In this document: positions 1-8,603 of the stretch, piece after piece
Numbering within the stretch: the first letter of the stretch is position 1
Layout of the letters: the number at the start of each line of letters is the position of its first letter
Assembly (NCBI RefSeq): GCF_049969415.1
Contig: NZ_JBMFOX010000019.1
Span: forward strand, 1 to 25,910
DNA: 25,910 nucleotides
Direction of reading: 5' to 3'
Origin: Candidatus Hadarchaeum sp.
Lineage (GTDB): Archaea; Hadarchaeota; Hadarchaeia; Hadarchaeales; Hadarchaeaceae
Translations under genes and position numbers: made by a program
Notes under the pieces: generated by a model
Databases searched by the model: none
What the model was told of the DNA's origin: nothing
Seen by the model: only the letters and a program-made list of their open reading frames with translations

Positions 1-157
1 CCTCAGAAAGCTGGTTAAGGAGGGAAAGATTAAAGATGAATTAAGAATCAAAAAGGGCATGCCCTTCGCGCCAGCGCTGGCCGCAGGGGTTTTCGTGACC
101 GTTTTTTTCGGCGATATTTACTGGCAGTTTATAATCGGTCTGTTTGGATACATTTAA
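1..157 (+). CDS. A24 family prepilin peptidase (EppA/FlaK-like), C-terminal fragment, 5'-truncated by the window
   Basis: Frame 2 reads LRKLVKEGKIKDELRIKKGMPFAPALAAGVFVTVFFGDIYW...* with stop TAA at 155-157. The PFAP...GD tail is typical of A24 peptidases. Not in the ORF track. Confidence 0.8.
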   Translation, partial: LRKLVKEGKIKDELRIKKGMPFAPALAAGVFVTVFFGDIYWQFIIGLFGYI

Positions 158-190
158 ATGTCAGAAGGCTTAAAAGCACTAGGCGATAGC

Positions 191-754
191 ATGTGGGAAT
201 GGATTCTTATTTTTGTGGTTGTCATCGCCTTGGTGATAATCGTCGCGCTCTTTTTCAGCTATTACAATCGAATAATCACCCTATCGAACAGGATTGATAA
301 CGCTTGGGCACAAATAGAGGTGCAGCTCAAGAAAAGGGCAGATCTGGTTCCCAACCTCGTGGAAACTGTTAAGGGATACATGGCGCACGAGAAAAAAGCC
401 ATTGAAATGGTGACCAAAGCCCGGGAGAGGATGATGGGGGCCCAGACGGTAAAGGACAAGATGGATGCCGGGGTGGAGTTAGCGGCCGCGATGAAGACCA
501 TTTTTGCCTTGGCCGAGAACTATCCAAACCTTAGAGCCAGCGAGAACTTTAAACTACTTCAAGAACAGCTCGACGGCATCGAAAGCAAAATCGCCTATGC
601 GAGGCAATTCTACAATGACTCGGTGCTTGCCTACAATAATGCGATCACGACTTTTCCGGGAAGATGGTTTGCCAAGAGGATGGGCAGAACCGAGCTAAAG
701 CTATACTTTGAGGCTGCGGAGAAAGAGCGAACGGTTCCTAAAGTGACCTTTTGA
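191..754 (+). CDS. lemA: LemA family protein
   Basis: N-terminal TM helix, YNRIITL, WAQIEVQLKKRADLVPNLVETVKGY, ENYPNLRASENF, ARQFYND, TFPG. ATG at 191 preferred over 158. Confidence 0.95.
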   Translation: MWEWILIFVVVIALVIIVALFFSYYNRIITLSNRIDNAWAQIEVQLKKRADLVPNLVETVKGYMAHEKKAIEMVTKARERMMGAQTVKDKMDAGVELAAAMKTIFALAENYPNLRASENFKLLQEQLDGIESKIAYARQFYNDSVLAYNNAITTFPGRWFAKRMGRTELKLYFEAAEKERTVPKVTF

Positions 755-1656
755 TGCAGCGGGTTAGTTTCTACGACCAGATAAGTAAAAATAAGAGAAA
801 TTCCGTGCTTCTAGTCATCCCCATAACAGCGATGGTTGTTGGTCTTCTCTACCTTATTGGATATCTATTCGCTCCAGAATTAGCTTTTTTAATGGTCCTT
901 TTTGGGCTGTTCTGGATGGCAATGCAGGCAATGATTTCATATCAGTATGGTGATCGGGCAGTGCTCAGCGTTATGAAGGCCAAGCCAGCTGATCCCGTGA
1001 AGCATGTCTATCTGATAAACACAGTGGAGGGTCTTAGTCTTGCGGCAGGAATTCCCCCGCCAAAGGTCTATGTTATTGAGAGCGAGGAGATAAACGCTTT
1101 TGCTGTGGGTCGTGACCCGCAACATGCTGCGGTGGGTGTGACCACTGGGGCGCTTGAGAATCTCAACCGCGTCGAGCTGGAAGGTGTTATCGGGCATGAG
1201 ATTTCCCACATAAGAAATTATGATATCCGCTTCATGATGATGATCGCCGTTTTCGTCGGTTTTGCCGCTATTTTGAGTTATCTGCTGTTGAGAGGTGCAT
1301 TCTTTGCCGGAGGTTCAAGACGACGGGATGAACGAGGAGGTGGCATGGCGGCACTGTTGATACTAATGGGATTAATTTTGGCCGTAATTGCCCCTATAGC
1401 CACAAGGCTAGTTCAGGCGATGATTTCGAGGCAGAGGGAATATCTGGCTGATGCTAGTGCCGTGGAACTCACGCGTTATCCTGAGGGCTTAGCTTCCGCT
1501 CTTGAAAAAATAATGAATAAAAATAGTGGCAAAATGGAGGTAAGCGAGGCGATTTCGCATCTTTTTTTCACCGATCCTAAGAGAAGTCCCTTAGATAATC
1601 TTTTTACTACACATCCGCCCCTTGCTGAACGGATTAGACGGCTTCGGCAGATGTAG
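754..1656 (+). CDS. htpX: HtpX / M48 family membrane zinc metalloprotease
   Basis: NAFAVG, HEISH (HExxH), SRQREYLAD, THPPLAERI. TGATG overlap with the lemA stop; usual lemA-htpX pairing. Confidence 0.95.
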   Translation: MQRVSFYDQISKNKRNSVLLVIPITAMVVGLLYLIGYLFAPELAFLMVLFGLFWMAMQAMISYQYGDRAVLSVMKAKPADPVKHVYLINTVEGLSLAAGIPPPKVYVIESEEINAFAVGRDPQHAAVGVTTGALENLNRVELEGVIGHEISHIRNYDIRFMMMIAVFVGFAAILSYLLLRGAFFAGGSRRRDERGGGMAALLILMGLILAVIAPIATRLVQAMISRQREYLADASAVELTRYPEGLASALEKIMNKNSGKMEVSEAISHLFFTDPKRSPLDNLFTTHPPLAERIRRLRQM

Positions 1657-1657
1657 T

Positions 1658-2440
1658 TTAGTCGACGACTTCGGTAATGGCTTTAATCTTGGCTCCGCCC
1701 AAACCAAGCAATGTTCTAGCCACACTCAATTTTACCTCATCCCCCCGATTTACCCTGACGAGGCACTCCACAGGATAAATACCGGGCTTGACGTTACTCC
1801 GGATGTCGTAGCTGACCCGAACCAAAGCGAAACGGCCGCGGGATTCTTCAACTATGCCGTAGGTGAATTTCCTTCCGTACTTTAATCTGAATGCGGCAAA
1901 GGTGGTGGCGATGAGGCCGATGTTAAGAAAAGTTGGTGTTAAGATGGCCAATTCAGATTTCTCGGTAAAAATTGCCGGCAAAACTTTGAGCGATAATGGA
2001 AGAGTCCAGCTAATGGCGGCACAGATAATCACGAAACTTCTGTAGGCAGGGTAATCCTGTTTAAAAGCGAGCTTGAGCTGGGTCTTGGTCAGATGAAATA
2101 AATAAAAGCTGAAAATCAAGGTCAGGGTGAGAAAAGTTAAGTAATCGTCCTGTGAAATGACCAAGTAAACTGTCGTTGTGACGAAAAGCGATAATATAGC
2201 AATTTGTGTCTTTAACATAACATATTCGGGCCATCCGGCGTGACGGCTTTCGAAAAAACCCTTGATTTTTCTGGGTATTGCCGGATTATGTTTGATGGGC
2301 AGCTCGTCCTTATTTTTATCACTCTTATTCTTGCTGGAAGAGAGACATCTGTCAGAGCCGAGGAAGATGTTGCCTATTTGCCAAAACAGTCGGGTAAATT
2401 TTGAAACCTTCGTCATCATCTTCACCATCCAGCTTGTCAT
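1658..2440 (-). CDS. DUF2101-like membrane protein, last gene of the pilin cluster
   Basis: About 4 TM helices, DYPAYRSF, FRLKYGRKFTYGIVE, DIRSNVKPG. ATGA overlap with the upstream gene. Confidence 0.7.
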   Translation of the reverse strand: MTSWMVKMMTKVSKFTRLFWQIGNIFLGSDRCLSSSKNKSDKNKDELPIKHNPAIPRKIKGFFESRHAGWPEYVMLKTQIAILSLFVTTTVYLVISQDDYLTFLTLTLIFSFYLFHLTKTQLKLAFKQDYPAYRSFVIICAAISWTLPLSLKVLPAIFTEKSELAILTPTFLNIGLIATTFAAFRLKYGRKFTYGIVEESRGRFALVRVSYDIRSNVKPGIYPVECLVRVNRGDEVKLSVARTLLGLGGAKIKAITEVVD

Positions 2441-3144
2441 TTTAGTAAGATATTTTCGGAATACCTTGCTATTCCACCGAGATCCTGAACCTTGATAGAA
2501 ACCACACTGAAAAATCCGAAAAGATTTTCCTCTATTTCAACAGTTTCCCCCACATGTGTTTTTCCGATGCCGCCAACCCCACTCCACAGCAATATTTTGG
2601 AATAGTAAACATCCGAAAAATAACTGCTGTCGTAGCTCAGTACAGCTATTTTTATTTTTTCGTTCGTTTTTTCGAGAAGCAAATTCGGTTCGCCATAGTC
2701 AAAATCGACAGCGTCACCAGCGCTTTCGTCAAAATCCTCGAAGGAATATCCCCATTTGGTGTCTGAGATTTTTTCAACGTCACAGTATTTGCTTCCAGCA
2801 TAGTGGTCGGCCCCCGTGTTTTGTACGTGAATCCAAAGCGGGTGCACTTGGTTTAGAGAGATTTCCACTAGTAGCCCAGTGGCCGAACGATATTTTTCAG
2901 CAAGCGTCTGTAGAATTGTGTTATCGATCGGGAATCTATTTTTTTCCATAAGCTTTATTGAGTTGAAGATATCTTTTCCAGTATAAGATACTTTGTCTGC
3001 CAGAATTTGTATCGCGTTGGTTTCACTGCCCATCTCGGCAATTTTTAGACCGGACGCGACTATAAGCAGTGCTGGCAGTATCAGTAGCAGCGCCAAGCTG
3101 CTCAGGCCAACACCTTTCTGGTCTTGGTAACTGATCATCCGCAT
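2437..3144 (-). CDS. Pilin-like protein with atypical class III signal peptide
   Basis: DQKG|VGLSSLALLLILPALLIV hydrophobic N-terminus. ATG at 3144 overlaps the upstream TGA (track start 3165). Confidence 0.65.
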   Translation of the reverse strand: MRMISYQDQKGVGLSSLALLLILPALLIVASGLKIAEMGSETNAIQILADKVSYTGKDIFNSIKLMEKNRFPIDNTILQTLAEKYRSATGLLVEISLNQVHPLWIHVQNTGADHYAGSKYCDVEKISDTKWGYSFEDFDESAGDAVDFDYGEPNLLLEKTNEKIKIAVLSYDSSYFSDVYYSKILLWSGVGGIGKTHVGETVEIEENLFGFFSVVSIKVQDLGGIARYSENILLK

Positions 3145-4343
3145 CACACCGTTTGGCCTCTCCAAACGTAGAGGCTGATTAATTCTGTGGTTTCTTCATA
3201 GCCAAGCGCAAACTTTATCAGAGTTATCCAGTCAGCGGTACCCATCGGATTATCCGGGTCCGTGGCACTTTGAGCAAAGCGCATGTTGAAAAGCACAGCG
3301 GGCTTGGGCAGAGTACCGATTCGGCTGTGGAAATAACCAGCAGGGCGAACAATTATTCCACTGAGCGGTGCCGTAAGATTATTCGGGGCATCGTCCCACC
3401 GGGCGATTACCCATGAATTGTCAATCGGCATGTAAATGTATTGGCTGTAGTTTGGATTGTATTCGATATTGTCGCCGTTTTTATAGGATTGGGTCACGAA
3501 ATTGCTCGAACTGATGATTCGCATGTTGTCCAGCGGAGGTCCGGATATTTCTTGTGGTGAATTATTCCACTGGACTCCAAGGGACTCCCAGAGATACCCG
3601 TCAGTTTCTTCGAGTTGGCAATTGTGGTAAAGGGTGCTCCCACCGACGACGAGCATGCCGTCGCATTTTTGATATGTTACTAGCTCAATGATTTTTGAAG
3701 CCAACCCGTTTGGAGCGAGATCGGTTTCAGCATCAGGGATGAAAACTGCGTCATAGCAGGGACGATTCGGTTGCCAGTTAACGATGGCGGCGTCTATTTC
3801 ATTCCAGAAATCCGCAAGAGTGTTAACTTTTTTGATTTCAATTCCGGCGTTTACCAACAGAAGCGATATGAATTCTTCATCGTCGTTGTCTACCCATGCC
3901 AGTATTTTAAGATTCTTTTGTGGTAGAGTTGTTGTTCTAACCGCCTTGGCAATTTCACCTGCTTTTTGGAAGGCAGCTAACCACTCTTCGTTTTTCCCAG
4001 CAGTCGGAAAAATATTATCCAGACGCGGATCATTTTCGTCACCAATTATCATCCTGAACTGAATTTCGGCGGGCAAAATTTTTCGAAGCTCAGTTTCAGC
4101 CAAGGTTTCAGCGTTTTCCAAGTAACCGTGTCTAATGTAGTTTACAATGGTGTCCATAGTTCCGGTCAACTGTAAGACTTCAAGAGCATCATTGGCATAT
4201 CGCTCGAGCCGCAGAGAACCCTGTTGACCATGGATTGACTGCAATCCGAAGCCAACCAAGCCCACGATGGCCGTGATTAGAACCGCGACCGCCAATGTTG
4301 CATCGAGACTGAATATAAAACCCTTTTCGTCTTGTGGGGACAT
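3144..4343 (-). CDS. Large pilin-like/adhesin protein with class III signal peptide
   Basis: DEKG|FIFSLDATLAVAVLI N-terminus; C-terminal strand LISLYVWR. Confidence 0.75.
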   Translation of the reverse strand: MSPQDEKGFIFSLDATLAVAVLITAIVGLVGFGLQSIHGQQGSLRLERYANDALEVLQLTGTMDTIVNYIRHGYLENAETLAETELRKILPAEIQFRMIIGDENDPRLDNIFPTAGKNEEWLAAFQKAGEIAKAVRTTTLPQKNLKILAWVDNDDEEFISLLLVNAGIEIKKVNTLADFWNEIDAAIVNWQPNRPCYDAVFIPDAETDLAPNGLASKIIELVTYQKCDGMLVVGGSTLYHNCQLEETDGYLWESLGVQWNNSPQEISGPPLDNMRIISSSNFVTQSYKNGDNIEYNPNYSQYIYMPIDNSWVIARWDDAPNNLTAPLSGIIVRPAGYFHSRIGTLPKPAVLFNMRFAQSATDPDNPMGTADWITLIKFALGYEETTELISLYVWRGQTV

Positions 4344-4347
4344 TTTT

Positions 4348-5316
4348 CTATCTCCATAATTTTACAACTAAAGTTCCTGTTGGAGGAAGTTCGACCAGTT
4401 TTGTCGGCGACCCCCTTGGTAGCGAAACTATCGAGACATCGGCGGGAGCATATTTACCCGAAACTCTGATCCAGATGAAATTCAGCCCTTCGTGTAGAGG
4501 TACCGGAAAGAGGTAGTCAGATCCATCGGGATAATCCACACCAGCGGATCTTATTCTGAACGGCGATTCCCGTGGCGGAGATTTAAAGTCCCAGTCCCCG
4601 TCCCCGTCAGGAGGATTCCGGTTCACCCAAATTCTAATCTCTGGTTGTGTCGGCGGCCGCGGTAGCAGTCTGGTTAAAACAATATACCAATCCCGCGTGT
4701 TTAGCTCTCCCGGATTGACAGTGAAGTAAACTTGATAACGAGGTGGTTTGCTGATGTGAACTAGATTTTCAATTGAGTTTTCGGTTATCACACTGGTGGC
4801 AACTAAACGCTTTACTATGACGACTTCGGAGGAATCTTTAGCTCCAGATGAAGATTTAATGTCCCAGCGTGGATAAACTGGAGGCCAGATATTTTCCCCG
4901 GTTTTTTCGTCAATAAGGACGATTTCGAATTTTTCAGAATTGTTGAAAAGGTTCTTTATTGCCTGGGAAGTTTCAGGATATCCCTCCCAAATTTCATTTC
5001 TGCAAAGCTGCCTTAGGTTCTCTAACTTTTGAATCGAAAGGCTGTTTGGTATCGAATCCCCATCTGGATTGGCCTGTGATAGACCAACAGTTTCCACGGA
5101 AGCAGGTTCCATCCACCAGTTATCAGGAATTCCCCCGGTTTTCACGAGCATATCTGCAGCAAAATTGGCAGTTTGTTCAAGAGAATATCTCAATAGATAA
5201 TCATCCATCTGCCTTCTAACCTGCTCCAAGGCCAAACCGGAGCAACCGATTATCAGCGTTACTAAGGCAAGTGCGAAAAACATGTCTAGGGTAAAAACTT
5301 GACCGCGCTCGTTCAC
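4348..5316 (-). CDS. Large pilin-like/adhesin protein with class III signal peptide
   Basis: GTG at 5316 after a GGAGGGG SD, GTGA overlap with the upstream stop; NERG|QVFTLDMFFALALV; C-terminal LVVKLWR. Confidence 0.75.
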   Translation of the reverse strand: MNERGQVFTLDMFFALALVTLIIGCSGLALEQVRRQMDDYLLRYSLEQTANFAADMLVKTGGIPDNWWMEPASVETVGLSQANPDGDSIPNSLSIQKLENLRQLCRNEIWEGYPETSQAIKNLFNNSEKFEIVLIDEKTGENIWPPVYPRWDIKSSSGAKDSSEVVIVKRLVATSVITENSIENLVHISKPPRYQVYFTVNPGELNTRDWYIVLTRLLPRPPTQPEIRIWVNRNPPDGDGDWDFKSPPRESPFRIRSAGVDYPDGSDYLFPVPLHEGLNFIWIRVSGKYAPADVSIVSLPRGSPTKLVELPPTGTLVVKLWR

Positions 5317-5747
5317 AAAGTCCCCTCCTTCAGACGGATAGAGACGACATAAGTGCAAAATGCCGTTTTAACCGTATTAGTCGTTGATGGGCGAGCACCT
5401 AGAGCGTGTTGAATATGGTTAAGGACGTATTCTTCGACCGTCTTTTTAACGATGTTTTCCTTGAACTCGAGCCAGTTAATATTCTCAGATGGCGCAGACA
5501 CGATGACAATTGATATTTCAATCAGGTTGTCTCTGAGCTGCAAATAATCCAAGTTTAAAGAACATCCGTATTTGGTTTCAATAGCGGCGATGGCGCTTTC
5601 GGTTCCGTCGTGGGCGGCCTGAGTTATGGTGGCGATTTCATTATTTACTAAACTTAAGTAAAACAGCGATGTTGTAGTCAAAAGAATTCCAGCGACTAAA
5701 ATCAAGAATTCCATGCTGGATTGGCCTGCTATTGACTCACGACACAT
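5313..5747 (-). CDS. Class III signal peptide (DUF361-type) pilin
   Basis: AG|QSSMEFLILVAGILL (QxSxE, Glu at +5). Confidence 0.8.
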   Translation of the reverse strand: MCRESIAGQSSMEFLILVAGILLTTTSLFYLSLVNNEIATITQAAHDGTESAIAAIETKYGCSLNLDYLQLRDNLIEISIVIVSAPSENINWLEFKENIVKKTVEEYVLNHIQHALGARPSTTNTVKTAFCTYVVSIRLKEGTL

Positions 5748-6166
5748 ATTTGAGATTCCTCCCAGAATATCTCAATTTTTTTCCCTAGGTTTTCGAATTC
5801 AAGCACAAAATTTTTGAAATTTCTGCAAGCTATCTTTGTTTCTACTGTTTCACCGCTTGAGATTTCCACGGTTAACAACCCCACCGAATTGTCAGAGAAT
5901 ATCCAATACTTGTGGTCCTCAACATTTTCCGGCAGTTTAATTTCGACCCTGAAGTTGGGACCGTTTACATAGACGGCGTTTATTGCTGACGCAAGCCTGT
6001 TTCCAATCATCTTTGCTTCTAGACCGGTACCAAGGGCTTCCGCAGATTTTCTTCTGTCTTCATATAGGTGTAGCAATGAGGTCGTAATCACTAGGAGCAA
6101 GGTTAAAGCCAACAAAGCGTCTATTGAAAAGAACCCGCTGTTTTCTTTCCTGTGCAATCTGATCAC
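5729..6166 (-). CDS. Pilin-like protein with class III signal peptide
   Basis: SG|FFSIDALLALTLLLVI; LASAINAVYVNGP motif shared with neighbouring pilins. Confidence 0.75.
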   Translation of the reverse strand: MIRLHRKENSGFFSIDALLALTLLLVITTSLLHLYEDRRKSAEALGTGLEAKMIGNRLASAINAVYVNGPNFRVEIKLPENVEDHKYWIFSDNSVGLLTVEISSGETVETKIACRNFKNFVLEFENLGKKIEIFWEESQICVVSQ

Positions 6167-6168
6167 CC

Positions 6169-6657
6169 TCAGGGGTTAAGATAAATGTAAATTAACCCGC
6201 CATTTGTTTCAAGTTGTAAAGTTTCGGAGATGTTTTCGTTTTCGGACCAAACGATAATCACGGTGTAAGTTCCCGGGGAAATAAATGGAAGCAACTGCTG
6301 TCGCTGTATCTTGTAATGAATGTCGGCTTCCAAATTTTCTGAACCGAACTGCGTCCAAAACGTTATTCTGAAAACATTTTTTAAGTTGTCCATTTGTACG
6401 GTCCAAGCACAATCCATTCTAACCATCAAGCTTTTGACTGCTCCAGCCCCGTTCGTGTAAACGGTGTCTATGGCGCCAGCGATGGAATTCACGGCCGCGC
6501 GCGCTTGCATTAAATGCAGTGAATGGTTTGCAGCATCACTGGCCGGATTGATCATTTGGGTAAAAGTAACTGAGGTCATTATTGCAAGAGCCGCTGAAAA
6601 TATTATTAGATATTCTAGCGCCGATTGTCCTCGGGAATGGTATTTATCTGATTTCAT
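6169..6657 (-). CDS. Class III signal peptide (DUF361-type) pilin
   Basis: RG|QSALEYLIIFSAAL; IAGAIDTVYTNGAG. Confidence 0.85.
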   Translation of the reverse strand: MKSDKYHSRGQSALEYLIIFSAALAIMTSVTFTQMINPASDAANHSLHLMQARAAVNSIAGAIDTVYTNGAGAVKSLMVRMDCAWTVQMDNLKNVFRITFWTQFGSENLEADIHYKIQRQQLLPFISPGTYTVIIVWSENENISETLQLETNGGLIYIYLNP

Positions 6658-7252
6658 CTAGGACCACGATCCGGTGCGGGTATTGGTTGCTGGGATCGTA
6701 GCAGTAGATGAACGTGGTTTGGTGAAAAGTTCTTTTTGAAAGCGTGTTGTGTTCGGGACCAATTTTTAAATTTTGTTCTTCCACGTGGACGCAATTCTCT
6801 TTAACCCATTCTTCGCCCCGTTCGGTACCGTCTTCGTTCCAGCGGCTGGGAAGAATGGTATCCACAATTACTACAGAGTCGCGAAGATTGTCCCACATAC
6901 CATCGCCGTTTAAATCCATCAAAATCTGAATGTCAGCGCAGCCATTTATCGGGACTGTTTCATCCGCTGTAACTATGCCGTCCGCGTCGAGGTTTTCGTA
7001 GCCGCCCAGACATGTTGTTAAAACTCTGTCTGGGAGAGAGTATTCGACAGTCAAGCTAGAGCCTGGACCCATCGCATAAACTCTGTTGAGGCCGGCCGCT
7101 AGTTCGCTGGCAGCCCGCTTCGCCTCTGAGATCTTGCTTAATTTATCAGCGTCTGTGATTGCTTGATTGCACATCGGAATGATAATGGTGGCTGCCATCA
7201 TCATAAATGCAGCAAGGACCACCAAGAACTCTATACTCAGCTGTCCTTTCAA
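6644..7252 (-). CDS. Class III signal peptide (DUF361-type) pilin
   Basis: KG|QLSIEFLVVLAAF; LAAGLNRVYAMGPG; TTG start; DLNGDG motif. Confidence 0.85.
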   Translation of the reverse strand: MKGQLSIEFLVVLAAFMMMAATIIIPMCNQAITDADKLSKISEAKRAASELAAGLNRVYAMGPGSSLTVEYSLPDRVLTTCLGGYENLDADGIVTADETVPINGCADIQILMDLNGDGMWDNLRDSVVIVDTILPSRWNEDGTERGEEWVKENCVHVEEQNLKIGPEHNTLSKRTFHQTTFIYCYDPSNQYPHRIVVLDEIR

Positions 7253-7324
7253 GAGACCACAATTGGGGATAATTGGAATGGGGCAATTAATCCTGATGTT
7301 TCAGAAATATTAACTTCCCACAGC

Positions 7325-8599
7325 TCAAGTTGTCGAATGCTGGTAGCTTATGTTAGCACCTATGGTTTGGAATGTGGATATAAATCGCGAATAGCTCAAA
7401 ATGAGCGAGTCGGCACCATTTTTTATCGCGGTGGCTCCGTTGGACAAGAGTGCCGCAACCACAAGAGCGGCCGTTATGGCATAGTCGTTGTAGCCGTCCA
7501 CCTCACAGCCGCGCAGTTTTGCCGGGCCTTGGATGATTAGTCCGTCGTTTCTCTCAAGCACCCTAGCTTTCATGCGCCTTAGCTCATTGGCTATTGCCGA
7601 AATTCTGTCCGACTTCATGGACCTAGCATCCTCAGCACCGTAGAGTAATGTTCTACCCTTTGCCATGCAGGCAATCACTGCCATCAAGGGCAGCAGTTCG
7701 GGAGCGGGGCTGAGGTTCAACCTAGCGGCCTTGAGTTTATGTTTTCCCTCTAAGATGACATATTTCCTTGAGGTCTGCGGCTCCAACCCGAACGCGTTTA
7801 AGTATTTGAGGAATTCCTTGTCGCGGTTGGTCATTTGTCCTTGAAAGTTAACTTTGATGCGAGAGTTGGTCAGCCCAGCCGCGATTAAAAATGGAGCAGC
7901 TCCAGATATTTCCCGTGGCACTCGATAACTAAAGACGTGATAAGTCTGGTTAGGGATTATGACCGTGTCCCTCTTTTCAGTTACTTTGACATGTCCGATT
8001 TTCATTAATTCAGAAATCTGATTCAGAGGCCGTGATTTGATTTTCAATTCTACCTTTTTTTTGGCGTATGGTGCTGCGATTAGAGCAAGGGGAAGGTATC
8101 TAGGTTCAAGAAAGCCAAGCTTTATTTTGCCGCCAGTAATGCCGCCGCCGAAAGTTATGAAAGGTGGGCTTTCATTAGGCTTCGTCGAATAGACGTCAGC
8201 ACCCAGACTTCGTAGGGCTTTAAGAAAGTTGGGCATTGGGCGCGAGCGCAGCTGACTGTCACCGTTGAGCACGATGGTTGTTGCTGAAAGAGCAGAAATA
8301 CTGGTAAGCAGGCATAGTGAGGTGCCGGAATTTTTGGCATCCACTGCGCCTTTGTCTGATTTAATTTTGGCATCAACCCCCCAGATAGTCCATTTTTCTT
8401 GGGATCGCTTTACGACGGCACCCAGCGTTTCGGCCGATTTTAGCATAACGTTAGTGTCACGAACCTTTAATGGGGATTCTATGGTGGACTTTCCTCCGGC
8501 GAGAATCGCAATTGCGACGGAAAATTGGGTATGAAATTTTGATGGTGGAGCTTCCACTTCTCCCGTGAGCGAAGTCGCTGGGTTAACGATTAGATTCAT
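7325..8599 (-). CDS. aroA: EPSP synthase (AroA)-like protein with degenerate active site
   Basis: Full-length AroA architecture (GEVEAPPSK, NSGT, GDSQLRSRPM, SDRI), but most catalytic residues are substituted (see findings). Confidence 0.85.
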   Translation of the reverse strand: MNLIVNPATSLTGEVEAPPSKFHTQFSVAIAILAGGKSTIESPLKVRDTNVMLKSAETLGAVVKRSQEKWTIWGVDAKIKSDKGAVDAKNSGTSLCLLTSISALSATTIVLNGDSQLRSRPMPNFLKALRSLGADVYSTKPNESPPFITFGGGITGGKIKLGFLEPRYLPLALIAAPYAKKKVELKIKSRPLNQISELMKIGHVKVTEKRDTVIIPNQTYHVFSYRVPREISGAAPFLIAAGLTNSRIKVNFQGQMTNRDKEFLKYLNAFGLEPQTSRKYVILEGKHKLKAARLNLSPAPELLPLMAVIACMAKGRTLLYGAEDARSMKSDRISAIANELRRMKARVLERNDGLIIQGPAKLRGCEVDGYNDYAITAALVVAALLSNGATAIKNGADSLILSYSRFISTFQTIGANISYQHSTT

Positions 8600-8603
8600 G
8601 AGT

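Noticed and set aside
7260-7290. AATTGGGG/AATTGGAA/GGGGCAATT short repeats upstream of the pilin cluster
   Set aside because: Too short and degenerate to call an operator or CRISPR remnant. No CRISPR array is seen anywhere in the window.
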